Positions 1-11,656 of a stretch of 64,000 bases of DNA are shown here, piece after piece. The notes under the pieces are model-generated. The model saw only the letters and a program-made list of their open reading frames with translations, was not told where the DNA came from and did not search any database. Each line of letters begins with the position of its first letter. Within the stretch, counting starts at the first letter, position 1. The position numbers and the translations under genes were made by a program. Source of the stretch: Diplonema japonicum (taxonomy: Eukaryota > Protista > Euglenozoa: Diplonemea); contig OZ025703.1 of the NCBI GenBank assembly GCA_964019335.1, positions 310,001-374,000 on the forward strand, in the 5' to 3' direction.

Positions 1-1563
1 TTGGCCGGCAATGTTTCCATTGCATTGGACGGGATCGAAAAGTTTCCTTGTTTGTCGAATCTTTCTCTGTTCGGATGCAGACTCCCCATCCTTCCGATTC
101 CCTTATTGAAATGCAGTTCAATAACTTCGTTAGATCTGCAGGGTAATCTTTTAAACGACGCCGCGTTGATGGCTTTCAAAGATTCAACCATATCTGAGAG
201 CCTTACAGAACTGGATCTTTGTTACAACCCCGCCACGATAGGCAAGGTTGGGTACAAAGCCATGGACGCCATTGTGTTGCATTTGAAGCATCTCACAGTG
301 TTCTCCTTTCAAAAATGGGGGGACAAGACAAAATTTCCGGAGGAGAAAAACGTGATATATTCGAACAAAGTACCAGCGAGGCTGTTCGGTGCAAACTTAA
401 CCAGCCTGAATGGCGTACCCGTGAAGGAAGGAGTGTTCACCGGGCTCGACACCATGGGGGAATCAATGAAGAAAACAATACGAGAGGGAACGTTTGGAAT
501 CGATCTCGGAGTGGAATGGGAAGACGAGATAAAAATGCACGTCGGCCTGCTAAAACTGTTCACCGCTGCGAAGCACAAGATCCTAAAGAACCCTGAAAAA
601 ACCTTGAAACGGTACAAATTCTACTTGCAAAACGTTGCGGCCACAAACAACACGATGGACTCCACCGGTGAGGAGCTGATAACACCACCTTTGGACGTTC
701 TGTTCTTTCTGTACATCCACGTCACCAACCCGAACCTGTACGCTTACGATTTGAAAGCAAACGATCTCCGCCCTGTGTTCCACCTTCCTTATCCATTTCG
801 ACAAGATTCTCTAAACGACGATATGAGTTTCTGGAAGGCGTCCCGTGTGGAGAACACGAATGACATCTTCAAGGAAAACAGTGTTTACAAATCCTCGGCT
901 GTTTTGTGGAACACGCGGATCCTCCCTGTTGACAACAAGGACCCTTGTCTTAACTACGAATGGTTTGCAAACGACGATTATCGGGAGGCGGAGGTGGGAT
1001 CCGATTCTGAAATCGAACTGAAACTGGATTTCCTCGATGAACTATCCGGCGCTGTAGAGTATGTTACAGAAGCTGCCGGTCACGCAGCAGAACTTACCGA
1101 AGCTTGGTTCAACGGTAAGGATCGGTACCTGAAGTACATTGTCCTACACATGCTTGAAAAGGATAAATGTTTCGTTCCATCCATGGGCATACAGACAACC
1201 GCACACACCCACCAGTGCATACCCGTTCAGTACCTGCATGCAATGGGGTATTTATGTAATGGGCAGTATATAGGGCTTGGGCTGCCGGAGAGCAACGCAC
1301 ATCAGGCGTTCCTCGAGACCGGTTCGTTGTGGGCTGAACATTTTGAAGAGGAGTACATGACAACGACGGAGGTGCAAAACGAGGAGAAGATGATGGCGCA
1401 CAGTCCTCGTCGAGAGGTGGTCCCTATGAGGCGTGCGTCTTTGCTCAAGAATGCCGCGCGTCTGAACCTGGAGAACAGCGGGACGGTCACGAGCAGCACG
1501 CTGACCAGCCAGTCGCGGGTTCGTTTTTTGCAAGGGTCGACGTCTTCTCCTTTGATTTTGTGA
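1..1563 (+). CDS. 5'-truncated leucine-rich-repeat protein with two C-terminal GRDP/DUF1399-like motifs
   Basis: The ORF is open from the window edge. It has LRR units (LSNLSLFGCRL, ITSLDLQGNLL, LTELDLCYN). PPLDVLFFLYIHVTNPNLYAYDL and FVPSMGIQTTAHTHQCIPVQY resemble the duplicated GRDP/DUF1399 motifs. Confidence 0.65.
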   Translation: MAGNVSIALDGIEKFPCLSNLSLFGCRLPILPIPLLKCSSITSLDLQGNLLNDAALMAFKDSTISESLTELDLCYNPATIGKVGYKAMDAIVLHLKHLTVFSFQKWGDKTKFPEEKNVIYSNKVPARLFGANLTSLNGVPVKEGVFTGLDTMGESMKKTIREGTFGIDLGVEWEDEIKMHVGLLKLFTAAKHKILKNPEKTLKRYKFYLQNVAATNNTMDSTGEELITPPLDVLFFLYIHVTNPNLYAYDLKANDLRPVFHLPYPFRQDSLNDDMSFWKASRVENTNDIFKENSVYKSSAVLWNTRILPVDNKDPCLNYEWFANDDYREAEVGSDSEIELKLDFLDELSGAVEYVTEAAGHAAELTEAWFNGKDRYLKYIVLHMLEKDKCFVPSMGIQTTAHTHQCIPVQYLHAMGYLCNGQYIGLGLPESNAHQAFLETGSLWAEHFEEEYMTTTEVQNEEKMMAHSPRREVVPMRRASLLKNAARLNLENSGTVTSSTLTSQSRVRFLQGSTSSPLIL

Positions 1564-2632
1564 TTTTTTTTTTTTTTTTTTTTGCCCACTCTTCTCACTA
1601 TATATTTATTGCAATTTTTTTTTTGACATAAACTCCCCTCCATTACCATGGGTACTTTTTTTTTTTTTTTTTTTTCTTTTTCTCGCATCCCTCCGTCCCC
1701 TTAGACTTTTTACTACAAAGAAGCTATAAAAAAGAAGGGGGGAAAAAAAGCTTGTATTTTTTGTTCAAAAATACAAATGCACAGGCAAACCTTTAATTGG
1801 TCAAAGAAGCATTTCCCCCCCCCCCCCCCCCCCCTTCTTCTCTTCCCCTTCTTTCTTTGAGCGGTGTTTTTTTTTTCTTCTTCCCCCCCTTTTTTTTTTC
1901 AAGGTGTGCTTCGTGTCCTTTCTGCAGTGATAAAAGATTGGCCTACTGCTTTGCTTTGTGACAAGACACGCGCGGACCAGGTCGCCAAACTGTGGACATG
2001 AAAAAAAGAAGAAAACAAAGGGGGTGAGGTAGGGTGGGTATATCGCCATTCGGAGGTTTTTTTATTTTTTTATTTTTTTATTTTTTTATTTTTATCTTTT
2101 TCTGTTTGATCAATTTTCTTTTTTCCGTCAAATACCGAAAAAAAACAGAGAGAAAAAAAAAAAAAAAAAAAAAGAAGGGAGGAAACACAAACCCCATCTC
2201 TCCACCTTCTTTTTTTTTTTTCTCCCTCCCCTCCCTTTTTTGTTGTTGCAAGAACGAGTCTTTGACTTTGTCTAAACAAAAGGGAAAGTTGGCATCTGTG
2301 TTTACTGCTTACCAACTTCTTCAGGTTTCTGCCCGACGCACAAACGGCCAGTTCTTCCTCTTTTCTCTCTCTTTTCCCCCCTCCAAGTATCTCTTTTTTT
2401 TACTATCTGGCTGCCACTTTTTATTTATAACTGAGGGGGAAGAGAGAGGGGGGTAAATAAAATAAAGAATACCATCAAACCCCCCACCCCCCATTCTAGT
2501 GTTTCTTTTATTATCAATGTGAATGAAGTCACAATGCTACCAAAGCCTCTTTTCGTGAGGCAAAACACGCGAAGTTTTTTTTTTTCTTCTTTTTGCCACT
2601 ATGATATTCTCACTGTAAAACCAACCTTTCTT

Positions 2633-2665
<33 letters not shown>

Positions 2666-2748
2666 GCACTGGAAAAAAAAAAAAAAAAAGAAAAAAAAAA
2701 AAAAAAAAACCCCGTAGGTGTTGGGGGGGGGGACCACACAACAACAAC

Positions 2749-3396
2749 ATGAGTTATACAAAAGAATATGCAAAGTCGGCAGACGGCTGGTTCAGGGGGG
2801 CTTGGTACTACAAGCCATGGTACGTTAGGAAACAGAACACTCTTCCGGAGAAGGCTTCCCCTGCGGGCATGCTCGGGTCCCAGGGTATGGAGTGGCCGAA
2901 ATACCCTGGTGGGTACAAGCCCAGCTGGGAAGAAAGGTCCGGTGTACCCGGGTTGTACAAACCTACAGGGACTGGTGTCGGTGGGTTCCCTGCAATCAAG
3001 ACAGGCCTCATGGCAGGTAGGAATGTGTGGAGAGGAGGCAAAAGCATGATAATGGCCATGATCGTGGGCACTTCGGTGTGGTCTTGCCTCTGGATGCGGC
3101 ATGCCCACAGATATAACGCGCAAATCAAGGATGAGGATATGTTCCGGAAATGGTCCGCTGCCTCTTACCTTCAGGCCAACGGCGATTGCAAGTTTTACTG
3201 TGAATCTGCCAGGCTGGACATGTATTGTAGGGACCATATGGATCACCTCCCGGGTGTTAACAGAAATTTCTTCAATCAGGAGGACATCTGGCTGCCGCCT
3301 TTCTACGAGTGTGGCCCTGTTTTCAACGCCAAAAAGGTGGCGCATGGTAATTTCTTGGAGCGCTCTCCTGTGTGGTCCGGTTTCCTTACTGCGTAG
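2749..3396 (+). CDS. NDUFA13: NADH:ubiquinone oxidoreductase subunit A13 (GRIM-19/B16.6) homolog with N-terminal extension
   Basis: The ATG at 2749 follows an A-rich leader. PGGY motif, a single TM helix (SMIMAMIVGTSVWSCLW), then YLQANGD matching the GRIM-19 LQAExD pattern. Confidence 0.65.
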   Translation: MSYTKEYAKSADGWFRGAWYYKPWYVRKQNTLPEKASPAGMLGSQGMEWPKYPGGYKPSWEERSGVPGLYKPTGTGVGGFPAIKTGLMAGRNVWRGGKSMIMAMIVGTSVWSCLWMRHAHRYNAQIKDEDMFRKWSAASYLQANGDCKFYCESARLDMYCRDHMDHLPGVNRNFFNQEDIWLPPFYECGPVFNAKKVAHGNFLERSPVWSGFLTA

Positions 3397-3749
3397 AATT
3401 GGTTTTATTCTTTATTCTTATTTTTATTATTTTTTTTTTCTTGGGAAGTGTATAAAAAAAAAAAAAGAAAACCCGCCTTTTCCCCACCATATCAGTGTTT
3501 TTAAAAAAAAAAAAAAGAAAACAAACTACCACGGCATATTCCCACCCACCCCTCCCCCTGTTTTATTTTTTTTAATATGCTCCCCTTTTCTCCTCCCCCC
3601 CCCTTGTTTTTTTTTGTTTGATTTTTTTTTTTCCTCAACACCCCAATTCTCCCGTTCCCCGTTGTGTCTTCATATGTCAAAAAAAAATTTTTTTTTTAAA
3701 TACTTCACCTTGACTTTCGTAAAAGGGGGAAGAAAGAAAAAAAAAAAAA

Positions 3750-5382
3750 ATGGGGTCGCTGCCAAAGGTTCCACAAAAGTATGCATGGGTGGTGGCGTTT
3801 TTCGTGGTGGCGATCCTCCTGATGCCGTCGTCGGGAGAGGGATCGGTCCCCAGGGACAGCAGGGAGGTGAAGGCGGTGACCTGGAATATTGCAGCCGTGA
3901 ACAACAACCCCTTTGAGTACTGGATCACGGGATCGGAACAATACAATACTCTGCTGAAGGGTTTCGGGGAGGTGGTGGAGAACCCAGGACCGGGGTTCGA
4001 CTTTGAAGTCTCAGAACTTTTCACCGAAAAAATGGCCGCCGAACTGTTCACAGAAATGGAGAACGCCGGCTGGGTTCGCATCGACACCGTTCGAGAAAAA
4101 TGGACATCCGAACTGTCCAAAAAAAAAGCGATCTCAGAATTTTTAACAGACAAACTGATCGGAAAGAAGCGGCTTGTGTCGATGTTTGACCGTGTCACAA
4201 ACACAATAGAAACCACGACAAAAACGGTTTACCGACCATCCCCTATAAATTGTTACTCCGGAAAATTGACAAAGGTGAATGATTGGTGGCCGGACTGGAT
4301 CGATTTCATCTTCACACACAAGCTCACCGTCAAAACAAAAAAATCGGGTACTAAACAAAAATTCGTTCGAGAGATGTTGAAACCGATTACTCGCGACAAG
4401 TACCCGGCCATATCAGAGGAAGAAGAGGGGATGTCGGTCCCTCTGCAAACCCTCTACGGTGCAATTTTCGATACTGTTCTCGCCCACTCCCTCAACGCTC
4501 TGGATAAAAACTGGGCAAGCGTGCGAAAGGAAATGTGTCAAAGCCTCAATCTGGGCAAAACAAACAGGGTCATTGAAATTCTATCGTACACCTACAGCGA
4601 CGCGGATGTATTCTTTTTACAAGAGGCATCGATGGGGCTTGTAAACGGGATAAAGGGGAATCCTTTGGGAAGCATTTTCCATATTGTGATGTCGCACGAT
4701 TTCGACCCCGATCGCAACCAGAACTCGGTGATTCTTCTGAGAAAATCGCAGTGGTCCGAACCCACCGAATCAACCTCTGCCGTTCTGTCGCGAATGTCGG
4801 ACAAGGGTGTGGGAGCGGGTGATCTTGCTGTCGCGGTGGCAACTCATAAACCGACCGGGGCGAGGGTGGTTCTTGCTTCTTTCCATGGAGACACTAACGG
4901 GCTGTTGACGAACCCTGTTGTGTCTGCGGTGTACTCGTTCACCCAACAGGAGCCGAGAAAGTTGATCTTCGGGTTGGACGCAAACGCGCATACTAAAGGG
5001 AGCCATGATATTCTTGGCATCGATGATTTCACACAGCATTTTGTGTCGAAAGAAATGAGCAGTTGCTTCGGTATGGGGGGGAAAAAAAAAAGAAAAAAAA
5101 AAAAATTAAGGTGAGAATCCGAACCCGGCCAACTACACTACATTCCATGCTAGAACGCATTTGCAGTCGCAGCTCAACAAGGGTGTGCTGCACCTGGAGC
5201 AATCCTTGAAGGGTGACCGGTCGCCCAAGGATTTCATCCTTTTCAAAAGGGCCGATTTCAGCGTTGTATCTACCGGAAAGGACAACACGGGGAACCGGGA
5301 GTACACCGAAAACATGGTTTTCCCTACATTGCGGTTCCCTAGCGATCACGGTGTTGTGAACACTGTGTTGATGATGAGGTAG
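3750..5382 (+). CDS. Secreted or membrane-anchored exonuclease-endonuclease-phosphatase (EEP) superfamily protein, ~530 aa; intron 5071-5110
   Basis: N-terminal hydrophobic segment and EEP motifs TWNI, FFLQEA, SFHGD, FGLDAN, PSDH. Removing the GTATGG..TAAG intron joins SCFG to ENPNPANYTTFHARTHLQSQLNK and brings in the terminal PSDH motif. Confidence 0.8.
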
Positions 5383-5818
5383 AAAAAAAAAAAAAAAAAA
5401 AAGGGGGAAAAAAATGTTGTTTATTCTTTCTCTGTTCCTTCAAATCTTTCTCCGTTCTTTACGAAAAACCCCAACATATAGTAAAACGTGCATTGTATCT
5501 TACCCCCTGTCTAGTGTGTTTCTTCTTCTTTTTTTTCTTTTTTTCTTTTTTCCCCTTCTTGATCCGCGAAATATTACGAATGAAAAAAAAAAGGAGGTTT
5601 TTTTTTTTTCTTTTTCTTTTTTTTTTTTTTTTCGTTCCTGTTCCTGCCACGCCCTCCTTTCCTATCAAATAGAAGAAAGAATGAAAGAAAAAAAAAAAAA
5701 GAGAAAAAAGAAAAAAGAAACTCTTAGCCCTTTTAAAGAACCACGAGCAAAGCATAAAAAAAAAAAAAGAAACCAAAAAAAAATTTTTTTATCAGCTCCC
5801 CCTGGTTCTGGGGGTTCT

Positions 5819-5861
5819 CCATTTTTTGTCCATTTTTTGTCCATTTTTTGTCCATTTTTTT
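5819..5861 (+). repeat. 11-bp tandem repeat (CCATTTTTTGT, ~4 copies) just upstream of a start codon
   Basis: Directly visible in the sequence. Confidence 0.8.
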
Positions 5862-5888
5862 GCTTCCCTCAACACGCTTCACAAAGGA

Positions 5889-7448
5889 ATGGCTACACCG
5901 CCTTCATGGCAGTCGATACCTGCGTCGACGACATCGTGGGCAGGGACGCCCATGGACTTGACGGAAAGGATGACAAGGTTACAGCAAGCAAGAAACGCCA
6001 GGCATAGCCTTCACGGCGGAGCCGGGGTGTCGGGAGAGAAAAGCCTCCTGCAGTCCGAGGGGATAAAAACTATCGAAGCCAATTTATCGTATTTTAATAA
6101 AGAACTAGGGCCCGGACCGCCCCGGACGAGGCTGTCTCCCAGCGCAGTGCGGGCTACCCACCGCAACATCGATTCAAGCCGAAAAGTGAGCGACACCAGC
6201 AGAAGGATGATTCAAGAATCACTAGCATTGGTGCAAAACCCCATCGCAACGCTGTCGTCTTCAGGTGAGTTCCCCCCCACCGCAGCGACACGAACCGCAT
6301 CTACCCCTGAGAGTCCTGAGTTTAAAATGCATGACGATCGTGATTCGACCGCTGCTTTACAACATCGTGCTCAGTACCAAAGTCTCCATAGGCAGATAGC
6401 CCCTCTTCAGACCGCAGCAAGGGCTTACAATAACACTGAAGTTAGTGAAGCTGTGAAACGGTCCTTGCAACCCAGTGCTGCAGCTTCACAAACAGTTCTT
6501 ACCCGGCGTACCGAGGAGCTCGAGCAACGCATCCAGGAAAGCATCAAACTGTGCAAGGATCAAATCGCACGGCCGGCCGACAAATTAAACAGAGGCCAAG
6601 GGCAGCCCGCCACAAGCACCACTTCTAGTGTGCTCGAAACCGTCAAAGCGCAACAACAACAACATCAACTGCAGCTGCAGCAGCGTCAAATGCAGCTGCA
6701 AAAGGAGCAGCAAGAAATGTTGGAACGGCAGCAACAAGAAAGGAAGCACCTGGAAGAACAACAGCAGGCGAGGCAGCTTGCGAGGCAGCAACAGCTGGAG
6801 AAACACCAGCAGCAACTACGGGACAGGCAGCTGCAACAACAGCAGATGCAACAGCAGCAGATGTTGAAGCAGGCCCAGCTGCTGAAGGAGCGGCAACGAC
6901 AGATGAACAGGCAACAAGAACAACAAGAACAACAAGACAAAATGGAGCTAGTGTCCCCCGACACACGACCCTTAACAAAGGTGGTGACCCCTCACAGAGA
7001 CCAGACCCCAGTCACCCATGTTCAGGTTCTACCAAGACAGCTAGAGTATAATGACACGTCGCAAATAGAAGATTTCGAGCCTGTTATGCTTGAGGACCGT
7101 GGGGGGAGTCCCATAAGTATCAACGGGACGGACCTCGCTCTGCGGCAAGCGAGGGAAGAGGAACAAGCTAAGTGGGACACGCTGAAGAAGCATGGATCGC
7201 ATGTGCAGGACATCGAGAGGTTGTTGGATCTTCGGAAGGATTATCTGGAGGAGGAGACAAGGATACAAAAATGTGAGGTGGGGCTGCTTCTCGAGAGGAA
7301 GCTGTTTTCTGACAAGCTGGCGAAGATCAAACAGTACTCCACAGCACGGCTCAAACAGCTGGGGAAATCGTACAAACAGGACAAAGAGCAGGATGAAGGT
7401 ATCCTCCTCGATGCCGTGCTTTCTATTATACGAGCACCTGCCGATTAA
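5889..7448 (+). CDS. Hypothetical Gln-rich coiled-coil protein
   Basis: Long ORF with coding-like composition and a Q/E/R-rich heptad region at 6640-6940. The first ATG is at 5889. Confidence 0.75.
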   Translation: MATPPSWQSIPASTTSWAGTPMDLTERMTRLQQARNARHSLHGGAGVSGEKSLLQSEGIKTIEANLSYFNKELGPGPPRTRLSPSAVRATHRNIDSSRKVSDTSRRMIQESLALVQNPIATLSSSGEFPPTAATRTASTPESPEFKMHDDRDSTAALQHRAQYQSLHRQIAPLQTAARAYNNTEVSEAVKRSLQPSAAASQTVLTRRTEELEQRIQESIKLCKDQIARPADKLNRGQGQPATSTTSSVLETVKAQQQQHQLQLQQRQMQLQKEQQEMLERQQQERKHLEEQQQARQLARQQQLEKHQQQLRDRQLQQQQMQQQQMLKQAQLLKERQRQMNRQQEQQEQQDKMELVSPDTRPLTKVVTPHRDQTPVTHVQVLPRQLEYNDTSQIEDFEPVMLEDRGGSPISINGTDLALRQAREEEQAKWDTLKKHGSHVQDIERLLDLRKDYLEEETRIQKCEVGLLLERKLFSDKLAKIKQYSTARLKQLGKSYKQDKEQDEGILLDAVLSIIRAPAD

Positions 7449-7955
7449 AGAAAAAAGAGAAAAAAAAAAAACGTATTTATTGCTCCTTTTTTTTTGTATT
7501 GGCCATCTTCACTGATTGCTGGGGGACACCGTTGTTGTGCTTTTGAGAAGAGAAGGGGATGAATACTATTACAAAGAAAACAAGAAGGATGAGGGGGGGT
7601 GTAAAAAAAGAAAATTACCATGTTTTTATTTTGTTAGATTTTCAACGGTAGACAGAAGAAAAAAGAAAAGAATTAAAAAAAAAAAAATCTAGCCTCTTTT
7701 CCCCTCCCCAGTGTCTTTTGCCCTCTTTTTCATGTGTTTATTCGTGGCGGCGGGGATACCTGGATTTTTTTCTGAACTACCGAAGGGAGGGGTGTATGTG
7801 TAATTTCCAATAGTGAAACCTGCAAACTTGTCGAAACCCTTTCCCCCTCCGTATCAGGTAGCTTCTTTCTTTTTTTATTTTTTATTTCTCTCCCCGCTGC
7901 CGCACTTCATTTGTTTTCCCTTCCCCCCCTTCCCAACAACATTCTAGAATTTGTC

Positions 7956-8011
<56 letters not shown>

Positions 8012-8141
8012 CTGTTCTTCCACAACCCCGTTCGTTACATCACCATTCAAAAAAAAAAAGGAAAAGTGGGAAGAAAGAAAAAAAAAAAAAAAAAGGAAAT
8101 GTGTAACGCATTCTGATTTTTAAAAAAAAAAAAAAAAAAAG

Positions 8142-11031
8142 ATGGGCTGCAATGTCTCGTCTTCTTCCCAGCGACAGAAGGCGTACGCCGACACGGTAGA
8201 CGAGAGAGAAAAGGTCAGAATCCCCCCTCGAACCCTTCTAACCGTCTCTAAGAGCGTGACGGAACGTGCAGCGATCTTCGACAAGAAAGACGCAAGAGCA
8301 TGGGTGGGCGACTTTGTTGAGTACAAAAAGGGGCTCTACGCTGGTACTATGTCAGACGAGAAGCTTCACGGCTACGGAATCTACATAATGCCCAACGGTG
8401 ACCAGTACGAAGGCGAGTACCTCAAAGGAGAAATGCACGGGTGGGGCCGGTACCAATACGGAAACGGGGACTCTTATGAGGGCACGTGGAAACACGGGAG
8501 CAACAGCGGAATCGGCGTGTACACCTTCGCAACAAGCGGCGTCTACAAAGGATTCTTCAAAAAAGGCCACATGAGCGGTTTCGGAACATTCTTCCTCCCA
8601 GACGGCAGCGAACACATCGGAAGCTGGGAATCCGGCCAACGCTCTGGCCACGGATGCTACACATCACCAGACAAAACGTACGAAGGTGACTGGAAACTCG
8701 GCAAAGAACACGGAATAGGAATATCCCTAACCCCCGACACATTGTACTACGGGTCCTGGTCTTCAGGACACAAGGACGGAAAAGGAATCATGGAAGTCAC
8801 CTCACCACTGCACATTACAAAATACCTGTGTTGCTATGAAATGGGGTACCGGAAATCAATGATCGCAGTTGACTCCGACGAAGCCGGGGAATTGCTGTGT
8901 GAATCGGAATGGAAGAGCCTTCTGTTGAAGTCGGATGCCGCATTGTCAGAGGCAACCCGGGAACCGTCGAAAAAACTCAGGGAACAACAAAAAGCAACAG
9001 ATGACCAGTTCACCGAAGACGATTCCTTCGCAAAGGAACGAGTTCTAATGACGCTTGTGAAGAGAAAGAAGCAACAAATCGACAACATGGAGATGGAGAC
9101 ATCATGCCATACACGAGACGCTTACACAGAAGACTTAAAATCGCAGATCACCGATATTATAGATATCAACGAAAGGTTGAAGCGGCGAAATGATGAGTTG
9201 AAACGGGAGATCGAGGGCCTGCACCACCTCTCCGAAGAAAATGATCTCTTAAACAGAAAGATAATCGCGTTGAAGCAACAACTGGAAGGCACTTCGAACT
9301 ACAGTGATTCAACTGCCTCTTCGTCCGGCGTGTCGTCTACCGTGTCATACTCTTCAAACAGATCGTCGCGATCGTCCCACACTTCCCGTTCCTCTAAAAT
9401 ACGATTGCATTCCGCACGTGTTTCGAGGTCTAGTTTACTTGAGATAACCCCCGGTACGAATCACGGGAAGCGGAAGCCTGTAAAGGTCGCAATGGTTTCA
9501 CCATTTAAAGCGTCGGCGAAGATTCTCCCTGCTGTCCGGAACACGAGGCAGCAGGAAGATGAGGTCTCGGCTCGGATCACGGAAAACCTTCTCTGCCTCG
9601 ACATTCTTGAATCTCCGAATCAACTTCTGCTCACCGACGACCAGACAACTTCTCTCACCCCCATCTTGCAGGGTTGCTCCTCCCCGGCTGTCTCAAGCGC
9701 GCTTGAGCTTCGAAATCGGTTCGAGTTGGCGCAGACGCATGTCAAGTACTTCAGCGCTAGTTTGGAAGAAAAAGCGGAATTCGAAAAACTCGACGAGCTG
9801 CGGAGAACAGCCGTCGCACGCACAAAAACCAGGCTCAACAAAAATCTCTCCAGCCGTGTATCTGCAATCAAACACTTGGAGGGCCAGGTTGTCGAGTCGG
9901 TATTTTTTTTTTTTTTTTTTCTCCCCCCCAAAAAAAAAACTAGCTTGAACAAGAGCGCCTCAAAGAGGTTACGGCGACCCAGCAACTGATGAAGCAGATC
10001 AAGGATGAAATCCGAGAACTGACGGCTGCTGAAGCAAGATCTGATTCCTCTTTGGTACCTCCCCCTTTTTTTTTTCCCTCTAAACCCCCCCCCCACCCCC
10101 TCAGAGCATATCCCAAACTTCTATGCCCACACGGAATGACATGGTGGGGGACCAGGTGGACGATTTGGAAGCCCAGCTATTTGAACTGGAGAACGCATTC
10201 GCGGAGGACAGGGCCATGTTCAGACGGGCGAAGAACGAACTCCGGGATCTCAAAGGTTTGGTCCGCGTGTCCATCATTGTCGACAAGAGCATCGAGGCAA
10301 CCTGGACCAACGAGGGCGACATGGCTGTAGAAATGTGCGGAAAGCTCGTCACAGCAGACGGCATCATGGTAAAAGACATAGACGGTATGGAGGACTACAG
10401 CACATTCGTAGCCTATGTACAAGAAGGCTATTCAGTCAGCATTTTGGTTATCGGATTGGAATCGGCTACTGGGGTCCCAGATGCGCCAACATGCTTACTC
10501 TCTTCGCTTCGAAATCTTTTATCTGCTGTCTTCAACGAGGTGTCCTGCTGGCTCACCGTCACAGAAACGGTTTCCAATGACAATGAAATTCGTACACTGC
10601 AGAGCAAAATCAAGCTTATCGATTACAACCATCTCTCAGAGCTTCTGTGCAGCTCTGCGTCTTGTCGGGAGTCTCATCGCAGTCCTTTGTTCACCACGAT
10701 TGATTATGAATGTTGCGCGACAGGGGATAAGATGTTTCATTCTGGTTCTCTGACCATTTGTGAAATACCGGTCGTTTCACCGGAAATCGAAAGGTTCATT
10801 AAACACGACGAGCCGGTTAGAAACACCGGCCTGAAGAACGTATTGGGCAACGCGCTCAGAGGGAAACATAAAACCTATGCGATTGTCAATTTGTGTATGG
10901 ATGATGCGGCGGCCCATGTTGAGCTGGTCCCTTATCTTCGGTCGATCCAGAATGATCCGGTTAAGGCTGCGTGTACAGAAGAAACCAAATGGATCAAGGA
11001 GAGGATAAATCGAACAAACGAAGGATTCTGA
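8142..11031 (+). CDS. MORN-repeat, coiled-coil protein with a degenerate C-terminal kinesin-14-like motor domain, ~931 aa; introns 9900-9943 and 10055-10104
   Basis: Starts MGC (possible N-acylation). About 7 MORN repeats (YEGEYLKGEMHGWGRY type). Two GT-AG introns join three ORFs in frame. NELRDLKGLVRV matches the kinesin-14 neck and NTGLKNVLGNALRGKHKTYAIVNL matches the late motor-domain motif. Confidence 0.7.
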
Positions 11032-11656
11032 TTTATAGACATTCCCCCCCCCCCCCCCCCTTTTCTTTTTCTCTTTTAAGCCAACACGCACACAATACAA
11101 TTTCTACCCCCCCCTTTTTTTGGTTTCGGTTTCGTTTTTATTACTGCTTTTTTTTTTTTTTTTTTTTTTGCCCAGGATTATGGCTCATTAATCGATGATA
11201 TGTAGCTGTTCCTCCCCCCGCCTTTTTAAACTTTTTTTTGCATTTCATCAACTTTTGCTTGGGGCGGGGGGGTGGTGGGAAGAAATTGTTGCCATGTTTT
11301 CTATTTTTTTCTTCTCTCTTTCGTATTCCCTTTTAATCACAGAGAAGTCTTTCATCTCTCTCTCACTTCTCACCTCTCCTTTCCTCCCCTTGTTCTTTTT
11401 CTCTCTCTCCCTCTCTCTTCTCTCTCTTTCCCTTCGGTGTCGCTCTTTCTAGAACGCATACAAAATACAAAAAAGGGAGACGTATAACTTTTTTTGAAGA
11501 AAAAAAGAAACCCCCCCCCCCACAGGAATTTACATTTCGATCACACCTCTCTTCTCTCTTCATTTTTTTTTTTAAATTCTTCTTTCTTCTTCTTCTTCTT
11601 CCCTCGATAACAAAACAACACGACAGCAAAAACAAGGAAAAAAAAAAAAAAGGAAA

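Noticed and set aside
6585-6978. Cys-rich and Ala/Val-rich alternative-frame ORFs
   Set aside because: They are by-products of the CAG/CAA Gln-rich tract.
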